IMG/VR virus record: IMGVR_UViG_3300025728_000001
Span: 21,817-85,816 of that record
DNA from: a virus
Length of the DNA: 64,000 nt
Direction: 5' to 3' (one strand)
Shown: one piece after another, positions 9,738-19,686 of the stretch
How positions within the stretch are numbered: position 1 is the stretch's first letter
Layout: every line of letters begins with the position of its first letter
The notes under the pieces: model-generated
Told to the model about the DNA's origin: nothing
The model's input: only the letters and a program-made list of their open reading frames with translations
Database searches by the model: none
Translations under genes and position numbers: made by a program

Positions 9738-10161
9738 CGTGAAGCGCTACACAGTTGAGAGCCGTCACCTGTTCCAACACCTTGAGCACCATCGTGTTGG
9801 CTCTGTCGAATCAGTGGTCGTGCATGCCGCCGACTTCGCCGCGGCCCTGGCCCGCGAGGCCGCGTTGCAGGAACAACTGGAGCCCAAGACAGTGCGCGAG
9901 CTTCTTGAGTGCAACATGCTCAAAAGTCTTCCCGAGAAGAAAATCAACGACGTGCTCAAGCAGTTGCACCGTGAGACCGTGGACCTGCGCCGCCACCTTC
10001 ATGAGGCCGCCACGTCGCTGGAAACGATCAGCAAGCAGGCCGGCCGCGATGAGTTCTTGAAGCACATGAGCCAGGTGTGTGGCTACGCTAACAGCCGCGC
10101 CACGGTGGCCCGTGCGTTCATGGATGCGCAACAAGTCGAAGGTGTAAGCGATGATCGTTGA
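9730..10161 (+). CDS. Ead/Ea22-like hypothetical protein
   Basis: VKRY...VVHAADFAA coiled-coil pattern common in phage accessory genes. Confidence 0.5.
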   Translation: MDNVKRYTVESRHLFQHLEHHRVGSVESVVVHAADFAAALAREAALQEQLEPKTVRELLECNMLKSLPEKKINDVLKQLHRETVDLRRHLHEAATSLETISKQAGRDEFLKHMSQVCGYANSRATVARAFMDAQQVEGVSDDR

Positions 10162-10840
10162 TGACGTAATGACCGACAAAATCACTCTGCACGGCCTCGG
10201 CTTCGTGCAGGTTCAGCTCCAGGGTAATCAGCGACTGCATGTCTGGCACCCTGAGTTGCCGCGCCGCGCGTGCTTCGAACACTCTGCGATCCACGACCAC
10301 CGCTTTAACTTCACTTCACGTGTGATTGTCGGAACGCAGATTAACCACACGTTCGAAGATGCTGCCAATGATGCTGGCGAATTCGTGCTCTACCTGCATG
10401 AGGGTGCGCGCACAGCTGGCGGTGGCCGCCCTTGGACGCCGGATGGTCGAGCAGACATGGTGCGCACTGAATCCTATGTGATCGAAGCGGGAAACGATTA
10501 CAACACCCTGGCCTATGAATTCCACCGCACTGAGCCAGCTGGTGATGGCCGAGTGGCCACGATAATGGCGAAACGCGGTGAGTACCCTGCCGGGGCGCAC
10601 TCTACCTGCCGTTTCGGCATCATGCCCGACACGGACTTCGACCGATTCCAGTGGTCGACCGCCAAGCTGTGGGAGGTGGTAGCTGACGTTTTGGCGGGGC
10701 AGGCGCTCGCAGCCCCTACACCGCCAGTTGCCCGGCCAACATTCGAACCATTCAAATTCAGCGATTCCCCTGATGGGTGTGCGGCCGAGGCTGTGTATCT
10801 GCGCCAGGTAGCAGCTGAGGACAAATTCAATGGGCAATAA
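10151..10840 (+). CDS. Cupin-like (HxH) hypothetical protein
   Basis: RLHVWHP...IHDHRFNFTSRVIVG...FHR. Confidence 0.55.
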   Translation: MIVDDVMTDKITLHGLGFVQVQLQGNQRLHVWHPELPRRACFEHSAIHDHRFNFTSRVIVGTQINHTFEDAANDAGEFVLYLHEGARTAGGGRPWTPDGRADMVRTESYVIEAGNDYNTLAYEFHRTEPAGDGRVATIMAKRGEYPAGAHSTCRFGIMPDTDFDRFQWSTAKLWEVVADVLAGQALAAPTPPVARPTFEPFKFSDSPDGCAAEAVYLRQVAAEDKFNGQ

Positions 10841-11180
10841 CAAAACGATTGACGGCGTGCCGCGTGAGTTGCTGGAGCGCGTCCATTCCGAGCTTACCAG
10901 TGGTGCGGTAACCATCCGGACGGGTGCGGATGTGCGTGCACTTCTCGCCAAACAGCCAACTTGCGCAAAATCGCAAGTGGCGGATGGCGCGGTGACCGGA
11001 TGGCTATTGGTTTCGCACCCTGATAGCACAGAATGGGCGGTAGAGGCTGGGAGTAAACAGCACGACCGGGCCTTACGCGCTCACCATTTGACGATCCAGC
11101 CACTTTACACCCAAGCCGAACCACCGAGTCGCGACTATCCGCAAGGCGAATCCTTTTATCGCAACAAGGATGCAGACTGA
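10830..11180 (+). CDS. Hypothetical protein
   Basis: Coupled ORF; KTIDGVPRELLER N-terminus. Confidence 0.5.
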   Translation: MGNNKTIDGVPRELLERVHSELTSGAVTIRTGADVRALLAKQPTCAKSQVADGAVTGWLLVSHPDSTEWAVEAGSKQHDRALRAHHLTIQPLYTQAEPPSRDYPQGESFYRNKDAD

Positions 11181-11362
11181 TGGGTAACGAACAGCTGCAA
11201 GTCTTGGCCCTGATCATGGCGAACAACGCCTACGTGCTGGGCATGCAGGCAGACAACGCCTACCGTGCCGCCCTCGGTGAATCGCCGGCGTGGAATTATT
11301 CAGACTTTAGCCGTCAAGCAGTAGAGCTTGAAGAACTGGCGAACCGAGCGAGGCACCTATGA
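11180..11362 (+). CDS. Small hypothetical protein
   Basis: TGATG coupling. Confidence 0.5.
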   Translation: MGNEQLQVLALIMANNAYVLGMQADNAYRAALGESPAWNYSDFSRQAVELEELANRARHL

Positions 11363-11979
11363 GCAATGGAATCAATGAGCGCGCGGCGCTGATAGTCCGT
11401 GATATTTGCGAGCACGAGCCTGACGATACGCCGGAGAGCGTGCATATCAGCGTCAAGGCGCTTGGGTTGGTTCTGGCGCAGCGCCTTACCGACTTCCAGG
11501 CCGATATCGACGCCGTTCTGGCGGACCACAATCGCCTGGTGCGTGAGCTGGACGTGCTGCTGAATGGCGAGGCTGGTGCAGCTGATCAGGCCAGCCTGTG
11601 CGATATCGTGGCCCAAGTGCGTATGGCGCGTAAGAAACCCGGTACCGGATCGCTTCAATTGCTGGCGCTGGTACCTGACCAAGTGGTTGGGCGCGTGCAT
11701 CACAATCCCGATCATCACGACCAGGTTCGGGCGGTGCTGAATAGCTGCGGCCGAGCGCTGCCAGATGGTGCGCCGATGTACGCCCGCCCCGCCGATACCG
11801 TAATGCGCTATGTCCGTGCGCCGTCCCGGAAAGATCCGAAGTACCACGAGGTTTGGCCAGAGATTGAGGGCGGCCCGGTGTTCGATGGCGTCACCTACTG
11901 CAATGACCTGTTTGCAGCGCTAAAGCGTTATAACGTCATAGTGGCGGAAACCCTGCCTGAGGGTGCAGTCGATGAGTAA
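11359..11979 (+). CDS. Hypothetical phage protein (Eaa/Ead-like segment)
   Basis: RLVRELDVLLNGEAGAADQASLCDIVAQV segment typical of lambdoid accessory proteins. Confidence 0.55.
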   Translation: MSNGINERAALIVRDICEHEPDDTPESVHISVKALGLVLAQRLTDFQADIDAVLADHNRLVRELDVLLNGEAGAADQASLCDIVAQVRMARKKPGTGSLQLLALVPDQVVGRVHHNPDHHDQVRAVLNSCGRALPDGAPMYARPADTVMRYVRAPSRKDPKYHEVWPEIEGGPVFDGVTYCNDLFAALKRYNVIVAETLPEGAVDE

Positions 11980-12208
11980 GCAGAAGGAGGCCCAGTTGCA
12001 GCGGATCATAGACAAGATCGTTGCCGACACTGCCCTGGCCAAGAAGCTGGCCGTTGAGCTGTACGGTAAAGAGGCCAACCTGTTCGAAGAGTCGTCGAAT
12101 TTGTACGTGATGGACGGTGACAGCTACGACGGGCTGGCCCGCGAGCGGCAGAAGCATATCCGGATGACTGCCAACGGGGTCTGTTATATCAACGGAGGGG
12201 CGTGGTGA
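11972..12208 (+). CDS. Hypothetical protein
   Basis: Coupled ORF. Confidence 0.5.
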   Translation: MSKQKEAQLQRIIDKIVADTALAKKLAVELYGKEANLFEESSNLYVMDGDSYDGLARERQKHIRMTANGVCYINGGAW

Positions 12209-12417
12209 TGAGCAACAAAGCGTCTGTAACCCGTATTCGCCATGCGCTGCTAGTGAGCCAGGAGATTACTGAGTCGCTGGCCACGCTTGAGGCCGGCATT
12301 AAGGCCGCGATAGGTAAGGCCAAAGACGAAGGGCTGCCGCAAGGGCTACTGTCTTCAATCTTGAGTGCTTATGCGCTCCAAGAGACACAGAGAATGCTGG
12401 GGAGTAGCGAAGCATGA
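12208..12417 (+). CDS. Hypothetical protein
   Basis: Coupled ORF. Confidence 0.5.
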   Translation: MSNKASVTRIRHALLVSQEITESLATLEAGIKAAIGKAKDEGLPQGLLSSILSAYALQETQRMLGSSEA

Positions 12418-13109
12418 GAATCGTCAACCGCAAGACCTTCCTGGCCATGCCGGTGGGTACGGTGTTCGCCAAGTACGACCCGAGCATTATTCGGGAGCCC
12501 ATGGTGAAGAGCGATTCAGTGGCCGTCGCTGGCGATCTTGTGGACTTTCGCTATATGAATCTGACTGATGAGGTGGATTGCAGCGGATCGTCTGAGCGTG
12601 ATCACATCATGTTTACCGCCGAGGAAGAGGGCGCGTCTTTCGCCCTGCACTTCAATACCGAGAGTCGTGACGGCCTGTATGACGCTGATCAGCTGTTCGC
12701 AGTGTGGGAGCGTGGCGACGTAGAGGGGTTGATTGCTCGCCTACAGTTGGCGCTGGCGGATGGGTACGCCACTGCCACGCCACCGCCTGCTGACTGCGTG
12801 AGTGATGAGAATGAGCGTCCTGTAGTGGTTAGCATCAGGGCGCCGAGTGACCTAGCTATCGGTGACTACGTGTTCGCCAGTCGTTGGGCTGACTGCTGCC
12901 CTGGCGACCCGTGGCACGTAGGGCATGTGTCTGAGGTGGGGGAAAACTATGTGGTCGTTGGCGACGTCTCCCAAAGGCGCTGGGGCAATGCCATGCGTAT
13001 CACCGAGGAACAAGGTCGCCGCATAGCTGCTGAGTACCCTGCAATGGAGGATGGTCCGGCGCTACCGTACAAGGCGATTGCCCGTGTGTTTGGCGTGCCT
13101 GCGGAATAG
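12414..13109 (+). CDS. Hypothetical two-domain protein
   Basis: ATGA-coupled long ORF. Confidence 0.6.
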   Translation: MRIVNRKTFLAMPVGTVFAKYDPSIIREPMVKSDSVAVAGDLVDFRYMNLTDEVDCSGSSERDHIMFTAEEEGASFALHFNTESRDGLYDADQLFAVWERGDVEGLIARLQLALADGYATATPPPADCVSDENERPVVVSIRAPSDLAIGDYVFASRWADCCPGDPWHVGHVSEVGENYVVVGDVSQRRWGNAMRITEEQGRRIAAEYPAMEDGPALPYKAIARVFGVPAE

Positions 13110-13264
13110 GGTAGCGTATACACCGCGACACCTTGGCCGCGACTGAGGATAATGCCGCGCCCAAACGCACCAGCGAAAGCCGTACCGTTTATAGCGTTAA
13201 TGAGTTATAACGTTAAGCAGTTAAATATCAATCTTACGGAAGCCATACAGAGAGGCGTCATTTT

Positions 13265-13690
13265 ATGGATATCTACCAAACCCTTATGCTGTTCGGCCCT
13301 GGCCGCTTTGTCGCGCTTGTAAGCATTGTATTGGCAACATTTTGGGTGGGTATGGAGCTTTACAGCGTGGCCCGCCAGTTGGCGTGGAACTGGATCGACG
13401 AAACAAAACACCCGATACAGCGCAGCCGTGCTTTGCTGGCGATCCTGAAAGCCGTCGACAAGACGCGCATGCCCGCTTTAGAGGGATCCCTTGCCGTGCT
13501 CTGCCTGCTGATGCTTTGGCCGGTGGCGTGGATGGTGTGGATAGCGATGGCAATGATGCGCCGCGCTCGTGAAGCCCGCCGCTTGGAAAAGAAGAACTTG
13601 GCCGCCGCTGGCGCGCTGACTGTAGAGCGGACGCAAATGATTGAGCAGGATTTGCGCCGGGTTGAATCAAAAGAGCCTCTGCTGGGCTGA
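13265..13690 (+). CDS. Putative membrane protein
   Basis: Two hydrophobic segments. Confidence 0.55.
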   Translation: MDIYQTLMLFGPGRFVALVSIVLATFWVGMELYSVARQLAWNWIDETKHPIQRSRALLAILKAVDKTRMPALEGSLAVLCLLMLWPVAWMVWIAMAMMRRAREARRLEKKNLAAAGALTVERTQMIEQDLRRVESKEPLLG

Positions 13691-13800
13691 CCGCTGCAAC
13701 CACGAATGCCCGTCTGACCACTCGGTGTAAAGACGGGCATAGCTGGCGCCTGATATCGTTGAGGGAAGTGACACACCACAACCCAAGAGAACGGACCTCG

Positions 13801-14436
13801 ATGTCTAAAAAGCTGATTGCTTTAGCGCTATCCACTGGCCTTGGCCTGCTCGCCGGTATCCCAAGCGCCTCCGCTGGCGTGAGTCTGTTCAAGGACTACA
13901 CCTACGGCACTCCCATCGACAAATACACGCGATCCGCGGGCTATTACGACTGTTCGAATACCGAGCAGAAGGGGCGCTGCACCGACAATTTCAACTTTGT
14001 CGGGGAAAAGTTCACGGCGGTGCTGTACTTCCGCGAGGACAAGCTAGACACGGTTGCCCTGATTGCGCCCTACAAGCAGAGCCTGTACCCGAAAGTCTCC
14101 GCGGCACTGGATAAGTCGTTCAACATCATTTCAATGGAAAACGAGAAATCGTTTCTCGACATGGTGACGCTGCGCAACACGGCCACCCAAGAGGACTACG
14201 TGAAACAGTTCGTAGCCTTTGAGGGGGCGGCGCTTAAGGCTGGCGACCTGACCTATACCTACCTTGAGGTACCGGACACCGTGGGTTATGCGGATGTCGA
14301 CGCGATCATGCGGGCCTCACAGGAGGACGTGCGCCGTGCGGCGGTGCGGCTGGTGAGGGACACGGAATCGACTAGCCTGATCGTTAGGTTTGAGCTTCCG
14401 AATGTGAGCCACAAGCATGCCGACGAATCTTTCTGA
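13801..14436 (+). CDS. Secreted/periplasmic hypothetical protein
   Basis: Signal peptide MSKKLIALALSTGLGLLAGIPSASA. Confidence 0.65.
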   Translation: MSKKLIALALSTGLGLLAGIPSASAGVSLFKDYTYGTPIDKYTRSAGYYDCSNTEQKGRCTDNFNFVGEKFTAVLYFREDKLDTVALIAPYKQSLYPKVSAALDKSFNIISMENEKSFLDMVTLRNTATQEDYVKQFVAFEGAALKAGDLTYTYLEVPDTVGYADVDAIMRASQEDVRRAAVRLVRDTESTSLIVRFELPNVSHKHADESF

Positions 14437-14458
14437 TTCGGGTAAGGAGGTCGCGTAA

Positions 14459-14674
14459 ATGGGTGCATACGTCAATGAAAGGGGCCGTATCCAGTGCGGC
14501 GACCATCAATTCTTTACCGGTGAATGCGTAGCGGTGTGGATGTCTGGCGAGTGGGTAGAAACCCGCATTGAGTTCGACCATGAGGCTCAGGCGTTTTACT
14601 CGGTTGATGGCCTAGACTTGATTGGCCAGGAAGTCCGGCGCCATCGTTCTGATGGTGATTACCGCTTGGATTGA
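14459..14674 (+). CDS. Small beta-rich protein (DUF5348-like)
   Basis: GECVAVWMSGEWVETRIE; AGGAGG RBS. Confidence 0.5.
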   Translation: MGAYVNERGRIQCGDHQFFTGECVAVWMSGEWVETRIEFDHEAQAFYSVDGLDLIGQEVRRHRSDGDYRLD

Positions 14675-14692
14675 TTCAAAGGAGCCCCCGCC

Positions 14693-14956
14693 ATGATGAA
14701 GCCATTCGCCCCTGTCGACCCGGCGACCCTGCAAGTGCGGTTAGAAATGGTCTTTGACCGCATCCTGCCGCTGATGGAAGAGGCGCAGGGGGAGAATCGC
14801 GCCATTTACTACGGGCAATTGTTGGGCCTTTTGGCGGGGCTGTTCCAGGCCGGGATCATCGGGCCTGATGATTTTGAGCTTCGACGGCTGGCGGTCCATG
14901 CCAACTACGCGCCTGGCTCGCTGGAGACTTACAACCCGTTTAAGCCTGACGCATAA
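14693..14956 (+). CDS. Hypothetical protein
   Basis: AAAGGAG RBS. Confidence 0.55.
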   Translation: MMKPFAPVDPATLQVRLEMVFDRILPLMEEAQGENRAIYYGQLLGLLAGLFQAGIIGPDDFELRRLAVHANYAPGSLETYNPFKPDA

Positions 14957-14974
14957 ACCGAAAGGAGCCCCGCC

Positions 14975-15220
14975 ATGAGCGAACCCTATACCGCAAAAAT
15001 CACCATCGACATCAAGGCGGTCAGCGTCGAGCACGCTAACGAGATGTGGTTACAGGTCGTAAAGCTGATCGAAACCACATGTGCCAGCGGCAGTTGCGTT
15101 GTGCCCGGAAAAGGCGAGGCCAGCTTTACCGTGGTCGAGACGGGCAACCCGGACGCCGGATCGCTCCAGCGCGAACTGCACGACATGATGAACAAGGCCC
15201 TGCGCGGCGAGTTGGATTAG
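14975..15220 (+). CDS. Hypothetical protein
   Basis: AAAGGAG RBS (leader nearly identical to that of 14693). Confidence 0.55.
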   Translation: MSEPYTAKITIDIKAVSVEHANEMWLQVVKLIETTCASGSCVVPGKGEASFTVVETGNPDAGSLQRELHDMMNKALRGELD

Positions 15221-15334
15221 CCGCATGCGTTACACGTAAAGCCTGATACCATCACCGCTCGCTCTGCCTTTGTTGGCTGTGGTGATGTGTCCAGGGGGAT
15301 GGCCCTCGAAAACTTCCCCCTTGGATCGCTGTAG

Positions 15335-15370
15335 AAGCCCTGACGCTGTTGAAGCTGTCGGGGCTTTTTT
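15335..15370 (+). terminator. Rho-independent terminator
   Basis: AAGCCCTGAC...GTCGGGGCTTTTTT. Confidence 0.7.
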
Positions 15371-15469
15371 ATGTCTGTTTTTCAGATAAATACATAAAAA
15401 TGATGTATTGAGTTTTATGGCCGGTGTATAGTGGCGCCAAGCCAGAAATAGCCAGTCAGGTACACGGGT

Positions 15470-16198
15470 ATGTCGGATACTGAAAACGTCGTAGAGATAG
15501 GCGAGCTGCGGCTTGCAAGGGTCAAGCAGGGTTATCTGCGGATGCGTGAAGGCTGCCAGCATAAGCAGGTAGAACTCGACGATACCGGCGAAGTGGTCAC
15601 CTGTATGACCTGTAAAGTCCAAGTATCCGCGTACTGGGCACTGAGCATGCTCACCACCTATTGGGGCGACAACATGCTCAAGGTGAAGCGCGCGCAGGAA
15701 GCTGCCAAAGAAGAGCGCGGCGCCGTGTTGCACCTGACAGCGGCCAAGAGGGTCGAGGCGGCTTGGCGTAGCAGAACCATGGTGCCGGGCTGCCCACACT
15801 GCAATCGCGGAATCTTTCCCGAGGATGGGTTTGGTGGCTCCTTGATTCAGCGCCGCTTTGAGACTGGCCTGCGGGAACGGGAGAGGGCAGACAGCATTGC
15901 GCAGGGTTTGCCGGTGGTAGCGAAGCTGTTGCCGCGCAAGACCGTGAAAAGAACCACCCCGGCCAACGCCAAACCACGCTCCAAGGTCAAACCCCGCCCA
16001 CTGTGGGCCAACGCACCGGCTTGGGCTGAATGGCTCACAGGCGACGTTAAGGGCCGCTGGACATGGCACCAGATCGAGCCCTTTGAGGTTTCGAACGAAT
16101 ACCAGAGCGGATCCATGCACGAGTTCGCCGGCACGACGCTGGCGCCCGCGGATGGTGTTGGCATCAAAGAGAAGCGCCCGCGGGGTGAAACGGCATGA
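15470..16198 (+). CDS. Zinc-binding hypothetical protein
   Basis: CQH...CMTC...CPHC. Confidence 0.6.
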   Translation: MSDTENVVEIGELRLARVKQGYLRMREGCQHKQVELDDTGEVVTCMTCKVQVSAYWALSMLTTYWGDNMLKVKRAQEAAKEERGAVLHLTAAKRVEAAWRSRTMVPGCPHCNRGIFPEDGFGGSLIQRRFETGLRERERADSIAQGLPVVAKLLPRKTVKRTTPANAKPRSKVKPRPLWANAPAWAEWLTGDVKGRWTWHQIEPFEVSNEYQSGSMHEFAGTTLAPADGVGIKEKRPRGETA

Positions 16199-16404
16199 CT
16201 TCCCCGGTCGTTACCCGTAACCACACTGGCCATCGCGTTGGCGCCTGTCACCAGAACGCCAATCTAACCACCGCGCAGGTTGAGGCCATTCGTGCGGACT
16301 ACGCCGCCAAACGGGGCGGTTACATCGTACTGGGCCGCCTACACGGCTGCGGAGCTTCGACAGTCCGCGACATTGTTCTATTCAGAACGCGCTGGGCTGC
16401 ATAA
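16195..16404 (+). CDS. Stand-alone HTH of HNH-endonuclease C-terminal type
   Basis: GACHQNANLTTAQVEAIR...STVRDIV..RTRW. Confidence 0.6.
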   Translation: MTSPVVTRNHTGHRVGACHQNANLTTAQVEAIRADYAAKRGGYIVLGRLHGCGASTVRDIVLFRTRWAA

Positions 16405-16439
16405 GCGCTTACAACCCCTTAACCGTCTGGAAACCTCAA

Positions 16440-17537
16440 ATGAACCAAGAGCAGGAAAACAAGCTGTCGGCTGATATCGCCGGATGCCTGAAAGACCACG
16501 TTTACACCGAATTGACCAATGCGAATGGCGTTGAAGTGTGGCGCTGCCAGAAGCCTGGTAGCCACAATCTGGCGTTCGATATCTGTGTGACCCGCTACGG
16601 CACGGCGGTATTTGGCGATATCGGGCACCTGACCTTCGATATCGACGCCCGCTATGGCATTCATTACCTCGCCAATACCGGCTACAGCAACCTGCACGGG
16701 AAGCTGGCGGCGTCCTGCAAGGAAGAGTGGATAGACCTGGACGCGATTCTAGATACCGTGCGTGATTGCATTTATACGGCGCTGGATGATGAAGAGGTCG
16801 AATATCCAGGGGGTATGGATATCAAGTCGTTGATCGGTTGGCTGGGAGCTACGGCCAAGAAGCGCGAAGAATCGGATTTGCCGCTTGAAGAGTGGGCCGA
16901 TTTGCTGGATACCGTAGGCCGTTTTGACACTGAAACGGCTCGCGACATTGTGCCGGCCTTTGACCTGCTGGCCGAAAGCGAAGAGCTGTTACGCACCAGC
17001 GACCTGTGGGAATCGACATTCTCCAAACCATCCGATCATGTCTGGCGCAAGATTTTCTATGTGCAGCACGCGGCCAACGCCATCATGGCTCAGAAGGCCG
17101 CGGCCGAGGACGCTGCACTGGCGCCTGAGTACTGCTACGCACTGGGGCCGGCTGATGAGCGTTGGAGTAGTGACAGCCTGGCGTCGTATGTGAGCGACCA
17201 CGAATTGCCTATGGGCGCCGTGATCCAGCGAGCGGTGATATCCCGTAGTAGCGCAAGCAGCTTCCTGCCTGATGCCAGTGACGTGATTGAGCACATGGCG
17301 AACGCAGCAGATGACGAGAACAGCGAGTTTGCCGATGGCTTCCCGAACGAAACAAAAGAACAGAAGGCCGAGCTTGAGCGCCTGTTGAAGCCGCTGCAAT
17401 CCTGGGCAGACCGCACGTTCGATGTGAGCTTCTACACCATCGAGAACGACAGTATTGAGTCCTACGTCGTGACTGCTGAGGACGTGGCCGCCGGTGAGGC
17501 GTACCGCAAGACCCTGGAAACGGAGGTTGCGGCATGA
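16440..17537 (+). CDS. Acidic hypothetical phage protein
   Basis: 365 aa ORF, coding-like. Confidence 0.65.
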   Translation: MNQEQENKLSADIAGCLKDHVYTELTNANGVEVWRCQKPGSHNLAFDICVTRYGTAVFGDIGHLTFDIDARYGIHYLANTGYSNLHGKLAASCKEEWIDLDAILDTVRDCIYTALDDEEVEYPGGMDIKSLIGWLGATAKKREESDLPLEEWADLLDTVGRFDTETARDIVPAFDLLAESEELLRTSDLWESTFSKPSDHVWRKIFYVQHAANAIMAQKAAAEDAALAPEYCYALGPADERWSSDSLASYVSDHELPMGAVIQRAVISRSSASSFLPDASDVIEHMANAADDENSEFADGFPNETKEQKAELERLLKPLQSWADRTFDVSFYTIENDSIESYVVTAEDVAAGEAYRKTLETEVAA

Positions 17538-17974
17538 CTGCTACAGCCGAAAAGACGGTTGTTATCGAGACGGCAAAGCTTGAAGGCCTGGCGCTTGAGT
17601 GGGCGGTAGGCAAAGCGCGCAGTCCTGCGCCTGGCTACAAGCTGGCTTATTTGCGCCCGGCGTTCATCGACGAGAACAACCGGCCATCCGTCGTGTACAT
17701 GTCCATGGCTGACGGGATCGCCACGCCATGGCAACCGCTCAGTGACGGTAATCAGGCGTGGGAGCTGGTGGACGCTCATATCAAGCGCCTGGGTGACTGT
17801 GCGGCGCCTGTGAACGGCTGGGACGCTATCCCTGAGGGTAAGCAGTACTTTGCAATGAATCATGACAGCGACATGGCCTTTGGATCGACCAAGCGCATTG
17901 CAGTGTGTCGTGCTGTTGTGCTGGCCAAGCTGGGAACTTCGGTGGAAGTGCCGGCGGTGTTGGTGTCGCAATGA
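17534..17974 (+). CDS. NinX/DUF2591-family protein
   Basis: LEGLALEWAV...WQPLSD...IAVCRAVV. Confidence 0.7.
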   Translation: MTATAEKTVVIETAKLEGLALEWAVGKARSPAPGYKLAYLRPAFIDENNRPSVVYMSMADGIATPWQPLSDGNQAWELVDAHIKRLGDCAAPVNGWDAIPEGKQYFAMNHDSDMAFGSTKRIAVCRAVVLAKLGTSVEVPAVLVSQ

Positions 17975-18252
17975 CCAAGTACGTGGCGGTCCCTCACGTC
18001 GCGCTGAGCTCTCAGGTAGATGGCGAATGGGTGAATGTCGGCACTGTCGCGCATTTGGGCTATCCCCAGCCCTGGCCGTCCGCCGGCGCAGTGGTGCTGT
18101 ACGAAGAGTATGCCGAGATTCACGACCGCGTGTTTGAGGCGGTAAAGCCTGGCGCTCTCACCAAGCTAATCGCCGGGCAGAAAAAGCCGCCGCAGGAATG
18201 CCAACCAACCAAAAGCCACCCGTTAGTTGACCGCTGGGGACGCCTGAAATGA
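17971..18252 (+). CDS. Hypothetical protein
   Basis: ATGA-coupled. Confidence 0.5.
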   Translation: MTKYVAVPHVALSSQVDGEWVNVGTVAHLGYPQPWPSAGAVVLYEEYAEIHDRVFEAVKPGALTKLIAGQKKPPQECQPTKSHPLVDRWGRLK

Positions 18253-19043
18253 CCGAATACACCAAATCGAAAGAGTTGCAGCTGCTTGAGCTTGCAGGGA
18301 AGGCGCTCGCACTGTCGCACGCCATGTACTACGAAGCCTGTCCTGATGATGGCTTCCCTATGCCCTATGCCAAGCTGGGGAAGAGTCATTACTGGAATCC
18401 GTACTGTGATGACGGGGACTCAATGCGCGGTGCTGTTCTCAAGGGCTTGAATCTCCATACTGAGCAAGAGCCTGCTGGTACGGCGTATTGCACCGATCAC
18501 GCTGGCCACCTCTACCCATCGGCTTATGCGGAGGTCGGGGCGAATCGTGTGGCTGCTTACTACGAGGCTGCACGTCGGGCCATCGTGCTGGCGCTGGCCG
18601 AGATAGGGGCATCGCTCGCGTCCGCGGACTTGGTTGAAGCGGACGCGGCGCCCGAGCCCGACCGTAAAGACTTCGAAGACAAATGCCTGGTGCTGGCTGT
18701 GAAGCACTACGGATACGAGCCAGGTGACGCGCTATTGAAATCTATCCTTGAGCGCCGCGCCAATGATCGTTACATGCTGCCGTGGGTAGATGGCGCATGG
18801 ATTGGCTACCAGGCTGCCATTGAGCCGGTGTCGGTGATTACTATCGATCAGCCAACCCTTGACCGCATGTATGAGCGGACCAAGGCGTTGATCGACGCCG
18901 GGGAGCCCCGCTTTATGGTGGTCCTGCCGAGGCCGTTCATGAGCGGGTACACCGAGAGCGGCAACTGTCCGGCAACCGATCTGTACAGTTTCGATGACGT
19001 TAAATCCGCCATTGAAGCCGCCGGCGGGACGGTGACGAAATGA
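18249..19043 (+). CDS. Phage ABA-sandwich-like multidomain protein
   Basis: LLELAGKA...WNPYCDDGD...ARRAIVLALAEIG. Confidence 0.55.
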   Translation: MTEYTKSKELQLLELAGKALALSHAMYYEACPDDGFPMPYAKLGKSHYWNPYCDDGDSMRGAVLKGLNLHTEQEPAGTAYCTDHAGHLYPSAYAEVGANRVAAYYEAARRAIVLALAEIGASLASADLVEADAAPEPDRKDFEDKCLVLAVKHYGYEPGDALLKSILERRANDRYMLPWVDGAWIGYQAAIEPVSVITIDQPTLDRMYERTKALIDAGEPRFMVVLPRPFMSGYTESGNCPATDLYSFDDVKSAIEAAGGTVTK

Positions 19044-19306
19044 CCGACAAGATTCGCGAAGAGTTTGAGCGTACCAGCGCCCGCGACCATCGCCGCCAGC
19101 CACCGAAGGGCAATAACTACATCGATCCAATGGCCCAGGCTGACTGGGATTCGTTCCAGAAGGGCTGGATGCAGTCCCGCGCTGCAATGGTGGTGGAACT
19201 GCCGAAGGGCGGAAGCATGTGGAACGACGAGCCCATTGAAATTAAGCGTAGTGACGCGGTGGCAGCGATTGAAGCCGCTGGCGGCACTGTGAAGGTGAAA
19301 TCATGA
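19040..19306 (+). CDS. Hypothetical protein
   Basis: MTDKIREEFE...AAIEAAGGTVK. Confidence 0.55.
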   Translation: MTDKIREEFERTSARDHRRQPPKGNNYIDPMAQADWDSFQKGWMQSRAAMVVELPKGGSMWNDEPIEIKRSDAVAAIEAAGGTVKVKS

Positions 19307-19686
19307 ATACCGTTCCTGTGCTTGTGGATGTCGCTGTAAAGGATCTATCAGGGGCTGCGCTTGATTGGGCCATAGCTGTATCGGGATGCGTGACTGTTGA
19401 GGGAAATGGTTTGAGGTTCGATCTGCTGCATCGTCCGACCGTGGGCGGCGACTTTTCGATGCCTTACCAGCCCTCCACCAATTGGAGCCAAGCCGGCCCG
19501 CTGATCGACAAGTACAAGGCGTGCTTTGCTGCCTATGACTACGGGTACCTGTGCCTGTTGGCGCATAACGACCTGCACCACGGCCAAGGGAAAGGCCCGG
19601 ACCACCTTACAGCCGCCTGCCGCGCCATTGTCGCCGCTCACCTTGGCGATATCGTCAAAGTCCCTCACTGCCTGGTGATGCCATGA
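19303..19686 (+). CDS. NinX/DUF2591-family protein
   Basis: LSGAALDWAIA...YQPSTNWSQAGPLIDKY...AACRAIV. Confidence 0.75.
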   Translation: MNTVPVLVDVAVKDLSGAALDWAIAVSGCVTVEGNGLRFDLLHRPTVGGDFSMPYQPSTNWSQAGPLIDKYKACFAAYDYGYLCLLAHNDLHHGQGKGPDHLTAACRAIVAAHLGDIVKVPHCLVMP

